Below, one piece after another: positions 1 through 11,300 of a stretch of 64,000 nt of DNA (within the stretch, counting starts at the first letter, position 1; every line of letters begins with the position of its first letter). Origin of the DNA: Balanoglossus misakiensis (lineage: Eukaryota > Animalia > Hemichordata); NCBI GenBank assembly GCA_040954595.2, contig CM082583.2, forward strand, positions 3,047,060 to 3,111,059, given 5' to 3'. The position numbers and the translations under genes were made by a program. Under the pieces are notes generated by a model. The model had not been told where the DNA came from, did not search any database, and worked only from the letters and a program-made list of their open reading frames with translations.

Positions 1-1019
1 TATACGGTGCGCATGAAATAGAAATGAAGCAAAGGCAGTCCACTATTTGAAAGCATCGAACGGAAAATTTACTAAGAAGTTACGCGCATGCGCGTGAGAC
101 GAGCTACATGTACGCGCTTTAAATGGAAAGAAAGTCACACAAAGAAATATTACACTAATTCTCGCAGAGCCCAGAATCTTGTATGTTCAAAGGTTACACG
201 TATGTAAAGAATAATATGTGTGAATAAAAACTGGCGATGATAGATGCTTCATACAACAAGCAGCACATTGACTGTGTATATATACATGTACATGTGGCCA
301 TGCTAGTTTCAACTGGTGCCAAAACTACTTGCAAAATGTACATGTATGCCAGACCGAGGCTATAACTGCCAACTTGCTAGGAAGGAGACATGTCATGGCT
401 GGTGTGATTCAAAATGTGTGCAAACTGTTTACCTGACCAAACATGCATGCGATGCGTCTGTGTGGGACTGAGACTGTGATCCAAGCAACCTCTGAATTTC
501 TAGTTGTTATCAGATCTTCATTTGCATAAAACTGTGTGCAAGGAACATGGGTAAACTGCACACATTGTAAATTCATGAGCAGAAAATGTACTTTGTGTTC
601 TTTGTGTTAATGCCATCTTAGCTGTGTGAACCCAGTATCCACTGAAATCCATGCCTGTCAGAGACAGTATGAAATTAAGTGGAGACTTACTGGGAGCACA
701 CTGTTGAGATGATAGCATGTGAAATGTGGCTTGATCAAGGAAACACATTTCCCATGGATGATGCATTGATGACCAACTCTGCCAAGCCTCCTGACTGCTC
801 AGCATCTAAGGCGTCATCCTCATCACAAGATAAACAATAAGCACATTAGGAGCTGCCAGCCATGGCTTGTTGTAAAAGTTCAATGTATGCACCATTTTCA
901 GCCACAATGCCCTACCAAGATATTAATCAACACCATTTGCAAGCACTACATGTAGTCATATGGATATCATGCACTGGAAATATTTAACCAAAACTAAAAT
1001 CTTTTGTTTCTCTTGTCAG

Positions 1020-1121
1020 CTTCTTAAAATGACCAAACATTTAGTTACGAACCTATGCAACTTCCACAATGTGCCTGTGCCAGCTGGTCTTAGCAAACTA
1101 GATGAAGCTCTTCCTCAAAGG
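1020..1121 (+). CDS. UBE2Q: Ubiquitin-conjugating enzyme E2 Q, internal coding exon A (earlier exons not found, probably upstream of the window)
   Basis: Pyrimidine tract then AG at 1018-1019 and GTAAGA donor at 1122. The 102 nt encode LLKMTKHLVTNLCNFHNVPVPAGLSKLDEALPQR, resembling the LxxLxxxLCxxxNxP..LDxxLP segment of UBE2Q1/2. Phase 0 joins exon B. Confidence 0.85.
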
Positions 1122-1565
1122 GTAAGATTACTTGTACATTGTACATTGTACCTGTATGTATTTTTAGGGCAGTTTTGCTGTTTTGGGTCAAAAATGTTCT
1201 CTGAAACCACTGACCAGATTACATAGAAATTTGGTGCACAATTTCTTTGGCTTTACTAAGGTAAAGTTTGTTCAAATTGTGGTGAAATGTATATACAGGT
1301 ATTTGTATTTTGGGAGCCCTTTACCATCAAAATACATGCAGGTACTATTCTGACTGCTACCCCTCCAAAACCATCATTGGAATTTAATTTGTATAATCAT
1401 TCAAATGAATGTACTCAAAATTGGGACAAAATCTGTAATGTATTTTGGGCATTAAACAAAAATTGTCCATAAAGTCAAAATCAGTTTGCTGATATTAATG
1501 TGATATTATTTCAACGTGGAATTTGATAGAAAAACTTGATCTGATATTTGTATCTGTGTACATAG

Positions 1566-1678
1566 AGTGCAAGTGAAGATATTGATATGGAGGTGGATGA
1601 CGATGATGAAGAGGAAGAGGAGGAACAACAAGACATGGAAGATTGTTTGGATCATTATGAAATGGAAGAAGAACCAAG
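1566..1678 (+). CDS. UBE2Q: UBE2Q exon B (acidic linker)
   Basis: catag acceptor and AG|GTAAAC donor. Encodes SASEDIDMEVDDDDEEEEEEQQDMEDCLDHYEMEEEP, matching the UBE2Q acidic tract plus LDHYEMxEEEP. 113 nt, ends in phase 2. Confidence 0.9.
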
Positions 1679-2358
1679 GTAAACTGTAGCCATGGATTGT
1701 GCTGGATTTCAAGACCACTGGCCACACTTTGGGCTGTGGAGCATTCACCCCCCTAATTACGCATTCGATTGATATCAAGCAATCTGTGTGTCTCTACCGG
1801 TCTGTTAGCACGATTTCTCAAAAACAGCTGATCAGAGAATGGCGCATTCAAAGACTTCTGGAGAACGTTGTTTGCTTGTATCAGTGGTTAAATGAAATGG
1901 GTCCCATAATGAGCATTTAAACACCCCAGAAATACTCGCACACTACAAATATGGAGAGAATCACAATTAAAGTGACTGACCAAAATGTCTATATTCATAT
2001 TCTAAAGCCAATACAACAGTGCTGTTGTTGAACCACTTGCATAAAGCCTCTTCCTTCCAGAGGTGTTACATGCCACACCGCCAAGTACATGTAGTTAAAA
2101 TGCGGCATTTGCCATTTTTCCACTTCAACCTATTTTGAACGCCTAGGCACAGCTCATATACAGACTTTAAGTTTAACATACTTAGACACAGCTTGGCAGA
2201 TTGACCCCCCCCCCCCCCTCCAAAAATGCAAATCTTACTGTTTTTCACTGGTTAGGCACAAAAAGCCGACAGACTGCCCGCTTATGTTTTCTTTCTTTGA
2301 AAAACAATTTTGCATCAAAGTTGCATCACTCTTGTTGTTTTTTTACTCTCTCCCTCAG

Positions 2359-2455
2359 CAACTCATCAGCCGAATCTAAAGATGAGGATATTGACAGTCG
2401 GAATATGGAAATTCTTGAAAGGATAAAAATGAATCAGAGGAAGGATTACTTGAAG
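2359..2455 (+). CDS. UBE2Q: UBE2Q exon C
   Basis: ctccctcag acceptor and AAG|GTAAGT donor. Encodes (S)NSSAESKDEDIDSRNMEILERIKMNQRKDYLK. Phase-compatible with exons B and D. Confidence 0.92.
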
Positions 2456-4554
2456 GTAAGTGTTTCATTCTTCATGAACTTATAAGCTATGGAGATGACA
2501 GATAACTCTTCAAGACACAGCAGAAACCAGCTGAGCAATGTCAACATCAGTTGGTCTGTATTTAGTAATACAAATATTAGGCCAAAGTAAGTAAATTCTT
2601 TGTTTTGCGTCCACTGAAAATTCTGAAAGGGGGAGGGGGGTTGACGGCTATGGATATTGGGGTGCCAACATGTCAACAGGGGGTGAATCCCCCGGGCCCC
2701 GTTTTGATGAAACACTGCTTTGTACTCGACAAATTGTTGTGCTATAGACTTACTACTTTTATGTTGGAACCAATTTCAGTCAACATTGGAAAAAAATACC
2801 GTGTGTGGGGACTATGTGCAGTTCCCAAATTTCTATCCAGCCACGGCTGTGTTGCTGGGATGACCGGACCATTCATTTTTAGCAATCAAAGATCATAATT
2901 GTTCAAACAAGGTATATCTGCTAGCACATATCAAGATTTGGGATTGCCCTTTACAGCCAATGGTAAAAAAACCCACAAGATTGCTGCATGGAGACTTTAC
3001 TTACATTCAGCAGGTGTATCAAAACCCCTTCCCTAAGCACGCACCTCTCATTATTTTGTTTGTCCAAACCACCTACATTAACCCTTATCCTGCCAAATTG
3101 GTTGAACTGCTTTGATTTCCAGGGAACCTAACCTTACGCACCCAGACCCATTAATCTGCCAGTTATTTGTTACTCAGTGGAGTCTATTAGGCCGTTCACA
3201 TTACTCAAAAAGGGCTAGGCCCTTGTCCTAGCCAGGTACGTGGCCGAGCAATAAAACTGGTGTGAATGGGTCTGGCAGACCCTTGTCCGGACAATTTTGG
3301 TCCCAGTCGAAAGGGGTTGTCTGTGGGTGACCCTGGTGTCGGCCTGGTGTGTGTGGACACGTTTTGTCCGACTCTGGTCCTAGTTGACGCCCTTTACAAT
3401 TGACATAAACAGTTGAGTCTATCATTTGACAATGGTGAAAATCGTATAAACAACCAGAAGAGGACGAACATGGTTCTGCTTTATAAGTAGACTCACTTGC
3501 TCCAAGTCTATGGGCTTCATTATGTGTAGGGAACACGTAGGCCCATAGACTTGTACAACTTGCTGCTTTCCGGTTGCTATGAATTATTCATGTTGATGTC
3601 ATCTATGAATATGCATTCGCTAAATTAAATAGTGGGCGGAGTTTCAATGCATGACCTCGAGTACCCGAAAATCATAGTTGGGTATCTCATAGCGAAAAAC
3701 GCAAACGGGTTAATTTCGTTTTACTCATTTTATGTTAAATTTGATCATCAATTTTTATGGTCGCCCGATGGCTGAAACCATAGTTGCAGTGCAGCAATAC
3801 AGTGTACGATGTATACGCTCAAATTACAGAGTGCGCGTGCCACACAAACAGACGTTGACATCACACTCACAGGTCGCGCCGTACTTGACTTAGACTTAGA
3901 GTATAGCTAGTTTTCAGGTACCAAAGTCGCTCATTAAATGTCGGTGGACTATAGGCGTCGATCGATGTCATTTATTTGGTCAACTTCGAAGTGTTTGGTT
4001 GTATTTTTCACGGCGAATTACGTTCTCAGCTGGGTGATCGCGCACGGTCACTCGTGACCGTGGATCGTGTCATACCTTGTCTCTCTCTAAGCGCTCTCAA
4101 CTACGGTGGACATATGTGGTCGACATGAAGCCAAACGCTTCCTACCTCATTGTACCTGAACATCTACACGAACGTGGGTTCTACGCGTTCACCTTATATC
4201 ACATCTCTTTATTCTCATTGGCGCACGGGATCGACGCCCCTGTCAATCATTCTCGACTATGTCAACACACGGTCTGAGCGTTTGTAGATTTTGCAAGGAG
4301 TACTAGTCGCTTGGTCGACGCTACCCGAAACCACAAGCTCAGTCGCAAATTCGAAACTCACCTCACTACCAAAAACACGCTCAAGGCAAGCATGCACACA
4401 AAAAGTATTGAAATGATTTATTAAGACAAAAAAACCCACCGAAAACACAAAAAGTATTGAGATTTAAAAATCACCAAGCTACTAGTGGGCTAGTCTACTT
4501 TATAAGGTCAATGGTTGGCGAGACGACGTTGGCCAGGACTGTGCCAAACACAAT

Positions 4555-5441
4555 AGCCGCTTGCACACGTGCCATGGTTAGGGCGCCCTTTTTGGGATTA
4601 TAAAAGTTGGTAAACATTTCTTATCAGCGACTCAAATAGTTTTGCATTCACATGTGTATAAAAGGGACGGGGTCCACAGCAGTGTGGCCAAAGGTCACAA
4701 TGGCGGATCCAGTGATGTGTTTACTGAATTTGCTTTTTAAACGTCGTCGACGCCGATTTCATGGGCATTTGAATGACCCGATACCCGTTTATGGTAACCT
4801 TTCATTGGAGGTTGCGATTGGAAGACTGCAGTCCATGCTACAAAATCGTTGTCGGAGGTCGAGTTTGCAATTCCTGTGTATGTGCCTTGGCCATTTCCGC
4901 GTAGACTGTCGACAGTCCCTCGCGCCTAATGTGTATCGATACGGCGTTTCGTGCGAGGGCCGAAGGCCCGATTCGGCGTTTCATGGTGCGACGCCCACGC
5001 CCGAGGCCTTACGGCCATCGAACCATAAAACGCCGAATCGGGCCTTCGGCCCTCAAAAGATACGGGCCTTACGGCCCTCGCACGAAACACCGAATCGATA
5101 CACATTAGGCGCGAGGGACTGTCGACAGTCTATTTCCGCGTCGACACTCCAATTGTTGCCTCGAGACACTGCTTCGGCCATTGTTTTAGTAAAGTCAACC
5201 TCAACGCTTAGACCGCGTCGGTAGAGGGCATTTAGATCGGCGTTTAGTGCAGTTTTTCTGTTCACACGTGATTTGAATCGCTGTTTAGTGCGGCGCCCCG
5301 ACCCAGGTCCCACCCCTCAACACCGTCCCAGAAAAAGAGCGGCGCAGGGCTGCTCTCACCTTTTCACACGTGGCACTTACAAATTAACGCCGCCCTAGGG
5401 TCGCCGCTGGGGCTGCGTTGACGGCACGTGTGAAAGGCACT
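4555..5441. mobile_element. PIF/Harbinger internal-deletion derivative
   Basis: Imperfect TIRs AGCCGCTTGCACACGTGCC and AGTGCCTTTCACACGTGCC. 3-bp direct repeat AAT at 4552-4554 and 5442-5444. Repeated subterminal T(T/G)CACA(C/T)GTG motifs. Convergent ORF stubs MADPVMCLLNLLFKRRRRRF (+, ATG 4700) and MAEAVSRGNNWSVDAE (-, ATG 5181). Confidence 0.6.
4902..5132. mobile_element. hAT-like palindromic MITE (231 bp)
   Basis: Long near-perfect TIRs beginning TAGACTGTCGACAGTCCCTCGCGCCTAATGTGTATCGAT. Exact 8-bp target-site duplication TTTCCGCG at 4894-4901 and 5133-5140. TAG...CTA termini with an 8-bp TSD fit the hAT superfamily. Confidence 0.9.
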
Positions 5442-5786
5442 AATGTGAACGGGGACTAAAGATTAGCTTATCTTGTCACAATCATCAGGATTAGTTTTGC
5501 CCGGCCGTGGGTCTAGATGTGAACCCGGCATATATAAGACCACAAAGCCAACCAGTTAAAAAAAAAACAATGAGATTTCTTGCAAGGGGGGGGGGGGGTT
5601 TCAAACTGCCCAGTTGAGCCTAAGTACACAGCAGAAAATAAAGCAGTGTACACTTCCTGTACAAAAACCTCCCACGTATGGGAGAGCACACCGATATCTG
5701 CGTACTGTACTTGGTTACACACAGGTAGTTTCTAGGAACTTACTTTCATTGCAAATGCTTACTAGTTTTTGTATTTTTTTTCTCAG

Positions 5787-5932
5787 GGTGCTGTTTCTGG
5801 ATCAGTTCAAGCAACAGATCGACTTATGAAAGAGTTGAGAGATGTGTACAGGTCGGACAGTTTCAAGAAAGGCGTATATACAGTTGATCTAGTTAATGAT
5901 AGCTTGTATGACTGGAATGTGAAGTTAAAGAT
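5787..5932 (+). CDS. UBE2Q: UBE2Q exon D (start of UBC domain)
   Basis: Poly-T/ctcag acceptor and GTAAGT donor. Encodes [48 protein letters not shown], a hallmark UBE2Q sequence. Confidence 0.97.
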
Positions 5933-6151
5933 GTAAGTTAGAAGATCTACTGAGATTGAACTAATCTTATACATGCATGTTCAAATGCAAAGTCTATCCC
6001 TTCTAACGACGTACACACGCAATTCCACTTTTTCTGACCCTGTTCATAATTCTACTAACAAATTCCACCTTTTAGGAATCAGAATGGTCAGAGTGATACA
6101 CATACGTCACAAAACAGGAATGCTGTTTTGATATGTACCTGCACACATTAA

Positions 6152-6479
6152 AGGGACAAAGTCTCTCTCTCTGCCCTTTTTTCATTAATTATGTTTGATA
6201 CAAGACACTGTTTATGTTATTCTACATGTGGATATATAGTGAATCAACGTTCGACCACACACAACTTCCATCCCGTTCGTAGGATATGAAAGTAAAAATC
6301 TCCGTATGAATAAATTCTTTTGGGCAAGCTTTTCACTCTCGTGTCTACAAAGTGGGATGGAAGTTGTGTGTGGTCAAAAGTTGATTCACTATATATCCAC
6401 ATGTGGAATAACACAAACTGTGTCTTGTATCAAAGATAATTAATGGAACAAGGGCGAGAGAGAGAAAGACTTTGTCCCT
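6152..6479. mobile_element. TTAA-target palindromic MITE (Kolobok-like)
   Basis: TTAA at 6148-6151 and 6480-6483. Termini AGGGACAAAGTC...GACTTTGTCCCT. Arms are imperfect inverted repeats over roughly 150 bp each. Purine-purine 5' terminus with TTAA TSD fits Kolobok rather than piggyBac (CCY). Confidence 0.88.
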
Positions 6480-6641
6480 TTAAAAGGGTTGCTCTCATTT
6501 GACATCTGATTGCATCACCTAGGTGTAAATCTGAACAACTACATGTAATGTACATATCAATGACCTGCTCTTCTTGTTATCTGTCAAAATATTTCACAAA
6601 CAAAGAGTGACATTGAGGGTTTGTTACTATTGTTGTTTCAG

Positions 6642-6732
6642 TGTTGATCCTGACAGTCCGTTATCTGGTGATTTGAATACACTGAAGGAAAAAGAAGGCA
6701 AAGACCATATCTTACTAAATATGACATTCAAA
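6642..6732 (+). CDS. UBE2Q: UBE2Q exon E
   Basis: tttcag acceptor and GTAAGT donor. Encodes (I)[30 protein letters not shown]. Confidence 0.97.
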
Positions 6733-7530
6733 GTAAGTAAAAAATGTTTTATACCACTGGCACTTTTTTGTGTGCTGATTCTTTGTTGATGTGCAAATTC
6801 TTTTGTTATCCATTGCCTGGAGGATCATCAAAATAAATGGGGTTTGCAATCTGAATTTTCCAACATGATCATGGGATACTGTGAATTGTGCCTTTTTTTT
6901 GCATTACGTCTATTTTAAAAATCTGAAAGAAGAGATCTGCTTTCTCTGTTTAAAGAATCATTTGATGAACTTGTACTAACATTCAGAATACTTTGTGATC
7001 AAAATCCAATCATGATTTGAGATAAACACATCTAAAAATGGCACCGACAGTACTGGAAGTGAGTTACTTACTAGCTATCTGTGTAGAGTTTGGTCACCTT
7101 TCTTTAGGTACTGACAGTGTTTCAGAGTCTGTTTTTGTGCTTTACATCAACAACAAGACTTTACCATCAAAGTGCTTTAATAATTCTATGGTACTCGGCC
7201 CTCTAGGCCCAGGACTAGAAAATCTGGTTGTCCCAAAATAGTTTGCTCTAAATTTGCAGAATTTCAAACAAAAGTCAAAGGAATGGAATTTTGAGGTACA
7301 AAAGTATAAATTTAAGTTTAATAGGCACACTGTTGAAAACAAGGTTGACTATGTGCATGGTACGTCCATAGTTCCACACAGTCAGCTTGGTCCCACGATC
7401 TCATGTGACCACCCACTCTTGACATCAGCTCTGAAGGTGTTGTCACAGTCAGGATTACTAAAGATGGAATCATGATTAATTTTACCTGTCATGAATTTAA
7501 ATAACTTCATGTATGTTTGTTTGTTTTCAG

Positions 7531-7734
7531 GAAAATTTTCCATATGAACCACCCTTTGTACGCGTAGTTTTCCCAGTGGTGACTGGTGGCTATGTACTGG
7601 GTGGTGGAGCAATCTGTATGGAGTTACTCACAAAACAAGGCTGGAGTAGTGCATACACGATAGAAGCTGTCATCATGCAAATTTCAGCAACATTAGTTAA
7701 AGGCAAAGCTAGAATACAATTTGGAGCATCAAAG
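7531..7734 (+). CDS. UBE2Q: UBE2Q exon F (catalytic cysteine)
   Basis: ttttcag acceptor and AAG|GTGGGT donor. Encodes [68 protein letters not shown]. Active-site Cys codon at 7615-7617. Confidence 0.98.
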
Positions 7735-7938
7735 GTGGGTTGTTAATTTCAAATTATGTTGTTTTTTAAATAAAGAAGATACTGCTAATATCAGAAAATG
7801 GCTGTTTTTAGAAAAAAAATATTGGTCTTTTCCTCATTTTTGGTAAAAAAATTCTTCTCTAAAATAACTTGCCCAGTTGCTTTAAAAATTTCTTGTGAGT
7901 GTGTGCAAAGTTTTCTTTAAAATGTGACCTGTTGATTT

Positions 7939-8001
7939 GTCTGTCTGTCTGTCTGTACATGTCTACGTCTGTCTGTCTGTATGTATGTATGTACATGTAT
8001 G
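7939..8001. repeat. (GTCT)n/(GTAT)n compound microsatellite
   Basis: Short degenerate tetranucleotide repeats in the intron. Confidence 0.7.
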
Positions 8002-8079
8002 TCGGTGTAAACCTTTTCCTGTGTAATCCCCAAATGAGACTACAATGCCCTTGACACTATGTTTTTGTTTTGGTTTCAG

Positions 8080-8146
8080 AGTCAGTATAGTTTAGCCAGA
8101 GCACAGCAGTCATTTAAATCCTTAGTCCAGATTCATGAAAAAAATG
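8080..8146 (+). CDS. UBE2Q: UBE2Q exon G
   Basis: tttcag acceptor and G|GTAATT donor. Encodes SQYSLARAQQSFKSLVQIHEKN(G). Confidence 0.96.
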
Positions 8147-8357
8147 GTAATTATTGCTCCACATATTCATGTACTAAGAAATTATGTCTTTTACTTGGAA
8201 GGATGTATGTTGTTCTGTGTATCAGTCACATATTTCTTCCACTCCTTAAGTTATAGCTTGCTAACAAGCCATTATTTTGCTTGACAACATTGCCTATATA
8301 TTCTAATGATTATCTTATTGTTGGCAAATGAATTTCACTATCCTTATTTTTTTCCAG

Positions 8358-8389
8358 GTTGGTTTACTCCACCAAAAGAAGATGGATAG
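8358..8389 (+). CDS. UBE2Q: UBE2Q terminal coding exon
   Basis: ttttttccag acceptor. Encodes (G)WFTPPKEDG then TAG at 8387-8389, the conserved UBE2Q C-terminus. Confidence 0.96.
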
Positions 8390-11300
8390 ACTGTGTATAG
8401 CTCATCTCTTAGTTGCTATGTAATGTACAACTCCACAAGTTTTAGTTGCATTTTAGGTGGTTCTTTCATTTTTAGATGCACAGCCTGGTATATGCAACAC
8501 TATTTTGGTGTTAGGCTTGATGATTTGTGGACTTGAAGGCAAATCAGTCGAGAATTCATCATGATCTTCCACAGATTTGTTAGACAGACTTATGGGTTAC
8601 ACAATATGAAAAAAGCTATGTGAAACACCAAAACTGCAAAGTTGCAGAAGCCGGCCACTGAAAATAAAAAAAGTAATCTTAGATACTTAGAAAAGAACGT
8701 TTTTACGCAAAATCTCAATTTACATATTAATGTTTGTGTACTGAGCTTTTTTCACCTTGTACATGTGGAGAAAGTCTTGAGAGATGGTAGATAACTTAAA
8801 GAGATATTGTTCTATTTCTGACTAACAATATCTGACAACAGATTTTCTTGTCAAATGTTTTGTATACCATTACTCGTACAAGATGAATATTTTGCCATTT
8901 TGTGCGAGTGTTGATTACTGTATATGAAACCAGTGAAGTGGTAAGGTGTTTACCACAGTGGCCGCTTTGTTCTTGATTATTGTGTGCTGGTCAATTTTTA
9001 TGAGCAATCAGAGATGATTGCTTTGCTTTACTTCTTTGTCAGTGGTAGAGCTCATTTTTTGAGACAGAATTAGTATGTGTGTGTATGTATGTGCGTGTGT
9101 ATAGGTACTGGTATGTAGGTAGGTTTTTCTTGACAAATCTTGGTTATCACTATTGTGTTGTTATTTCTTTTACATTTATATTTTTTTGACAACCAAGGCT
9201 GATGGTGTGGTTGTTGTCTAAAAATAAATGTAAAAAATGAAGATGACCAAGTCAGGATTGTGAAAGACAGACCTGCAGTGTCTTGGTCAGGATTTATTTA
9301 CTCTGAAGACATTTATCAGGTATGAAGAAATATCAAATCATAAACTTATTGTGGTTTATTTTATGTACACTGTATAGATTGCGTTTCCATAAAAGGGTGG
9401 CTGAATGATGAAGAGTAGACCAGAATTGTACAAAAATGTCCTTTATATCAAAGGTTATTTTGTACATCTTACTGGATAAAAATTGTAACATTCAAAGCTG
9501 CAACAAAATTTGATGATCACTTCTGTAGTCAACCTTTAGCATTGCTGTTGCCTCTGATGGGTGAAGAGCCAATCCACACGCGCTGTCTTACACAAGTTAT
9601 GCTGTTAAATTAAGTACAATTGTGTACCAGCCAGTTTTACAGTTAGGGTTTCTGAGTTCCTGAATTTTGAAATACTTTACTCTGTTCTGGCCACATCTCA
9701 ACTTATGATCACAACATTCTGTTGTCTTTCTTATTCTGAAAATTTTCATGAAGAAATGGACAAAGAGGATTTCTCTTGACTTTATGAAACTCATAGCTCT
9801 ATGACATTAAAAATACAGTTTTCTCATGACAGTCAAGAATGCATGGACATTCATTGTCTTGTGGAAGGATTGCATTTTCATGTAACTGAACATTGACATA
9901 GTATTTGCATGTGTGATAACTGAAGATTAGCTGCAATTTTCAACTTTTTTGTCCCATTTTTTTCATTGTTTTATTTTTTGTCATTAAATGGTCTTGTATA
10001 ATATCTATTTTCTCATCAATGGTGTTTGAATTCACAGTAAAGTACTAAACACTTGTTTTTGAATGAAAAGGGATAAAAGTTAAAAAAAATATAATGGGAG
10101 CGGGTTTTACCAGAAATAAATATGTCTAACAACTTTGGTTATTTTCTTGGCTTCCACTCTGCCAAATACTATGTGTATACTCTGTGTCATCGATCAGAAT
10201 GCTGTTAGTTGGAGAGCTCCAAACTCAGTTAGGAAGAAGTTAACATCAAACTTGGCATCAATTCAGGCTAATTCAAGTATGATTTTCATCCTCGTGTAAT
10301 ATATTTGGGGACAATTTCATGAAAAAAATACTTTCAGGTTTGGGTTCCATCTATCCACATGTATGTTCACCAATGTCACTGTCTGCAACCATGATTGAAA
10401 CAAATCATTGAAAACCAGTGTTGGGACTTGCATGTATTTATACTACAGCTTACATGTTGATTTTTGTGCATGTGCAGTACCCCTAATAGGCAGTCATGCC
10501 TGAATGTGGTTCAGACTTGGCACAGGAACAGTGGAACATGTTAATTTAACTTTGTGATATAATGCAATATTGATAGAATAAGGATAATGACATTGACAAT
10601 GTCTTGTCCTAACATTTCTGCATTAACATTCCGGGAAAATAGTTTTCAGCTGGCACAGACAATTTTGCTTTTAATGTCATTTTTAAACATTATGCATGTA
10701 AGTAGAGGCATCTCAGAAACTGGAAATATTTACTTGAAATGAAAATGATGTTATTTTGAGCTTCTTCATACCCACCTACCTGTCATTGGATTCAAAACAG
10801 ATTATAAATCTGAACAAAGTTTAGAGAGATTTTCGTGGCATCTTGGATCTACTAAGATAACAAAATTGGCTGTGAAAGAAATGTAACATGTTGTATTGAA
10901 ATAGTGTTCATATTCATTTTCAGATAGGTAGCTTCAAATCATGATGTCAAAATGAAGGAAAACAGTAGTGACACTAAATGAGCAGAAATGAGTTTCTGTA
11001 TGAATCTCCAGTGTGGCATAGCAAGGTGTGAAATCCAGCTTTTATTCTTACTCTTGCATAAACCAATTCATTGGACTGAAAATGTATTGATCTGCAAGTT
11101 GCAGTGCGATTCCATACCGAGTCTGGTCAAACTTTGGGTCTCTCATTAAACGACTGTTGATTCAATTCTATGAATTAAAATTGAAGTTAGAAATACATTT
11201 AGAAATACATTTGCATAACCTGTGAAATCAGAAATAATGGTTGTATTTTTGTGGTACTATTGTGCAGTTGTGATCTTCTGCATCCTGTGACCTTGTTTTT

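Larger units (their letters stand above)
3190..5456. mobile_element. Candidate outer PIF/Harbinger-like non-autonomous element in the UBE2Q exon C-D intron
   Basis: Left end GGCCGTTCACATT (3190) versus right end reverse complement GTCCCCGTTCACATT (5456). Inverted subterminal GTCCTRGCCA at 3225-3234 and 4530-4539. Flanks TTA and TAA are not a perfect target-site duplication. Confidence 0.4.

Noticed and set aside
82-95. Perfect palindrome ACGCGCATGCGCGT containing an NRF1-type motif
   Set aside because: Single site at the window edge. The UBE2Q promoter is not visible, so function cannot be supported.
1160-1500. Degenerate repeat-like intronic sequence resembling 7790-7930
   Set aside because: Similarity too weak and no termini definable by eye.
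3503-3552. Small hairpin CAAGTCTATGGGC...GCCCATAGACTTG
   Set aside because: Lies inside the candidate transposon nest and is most likely internal transposon structure rather than an ncRNA.
4652-5224. 190-aa ORF in the UBE2Q intron
   Set aside because: It reads through a palindromic MITE (DCRQSLAPNVYR appears on both strands). It is a chimeric artefact, and only its N-terminal part may be a transposase stub.
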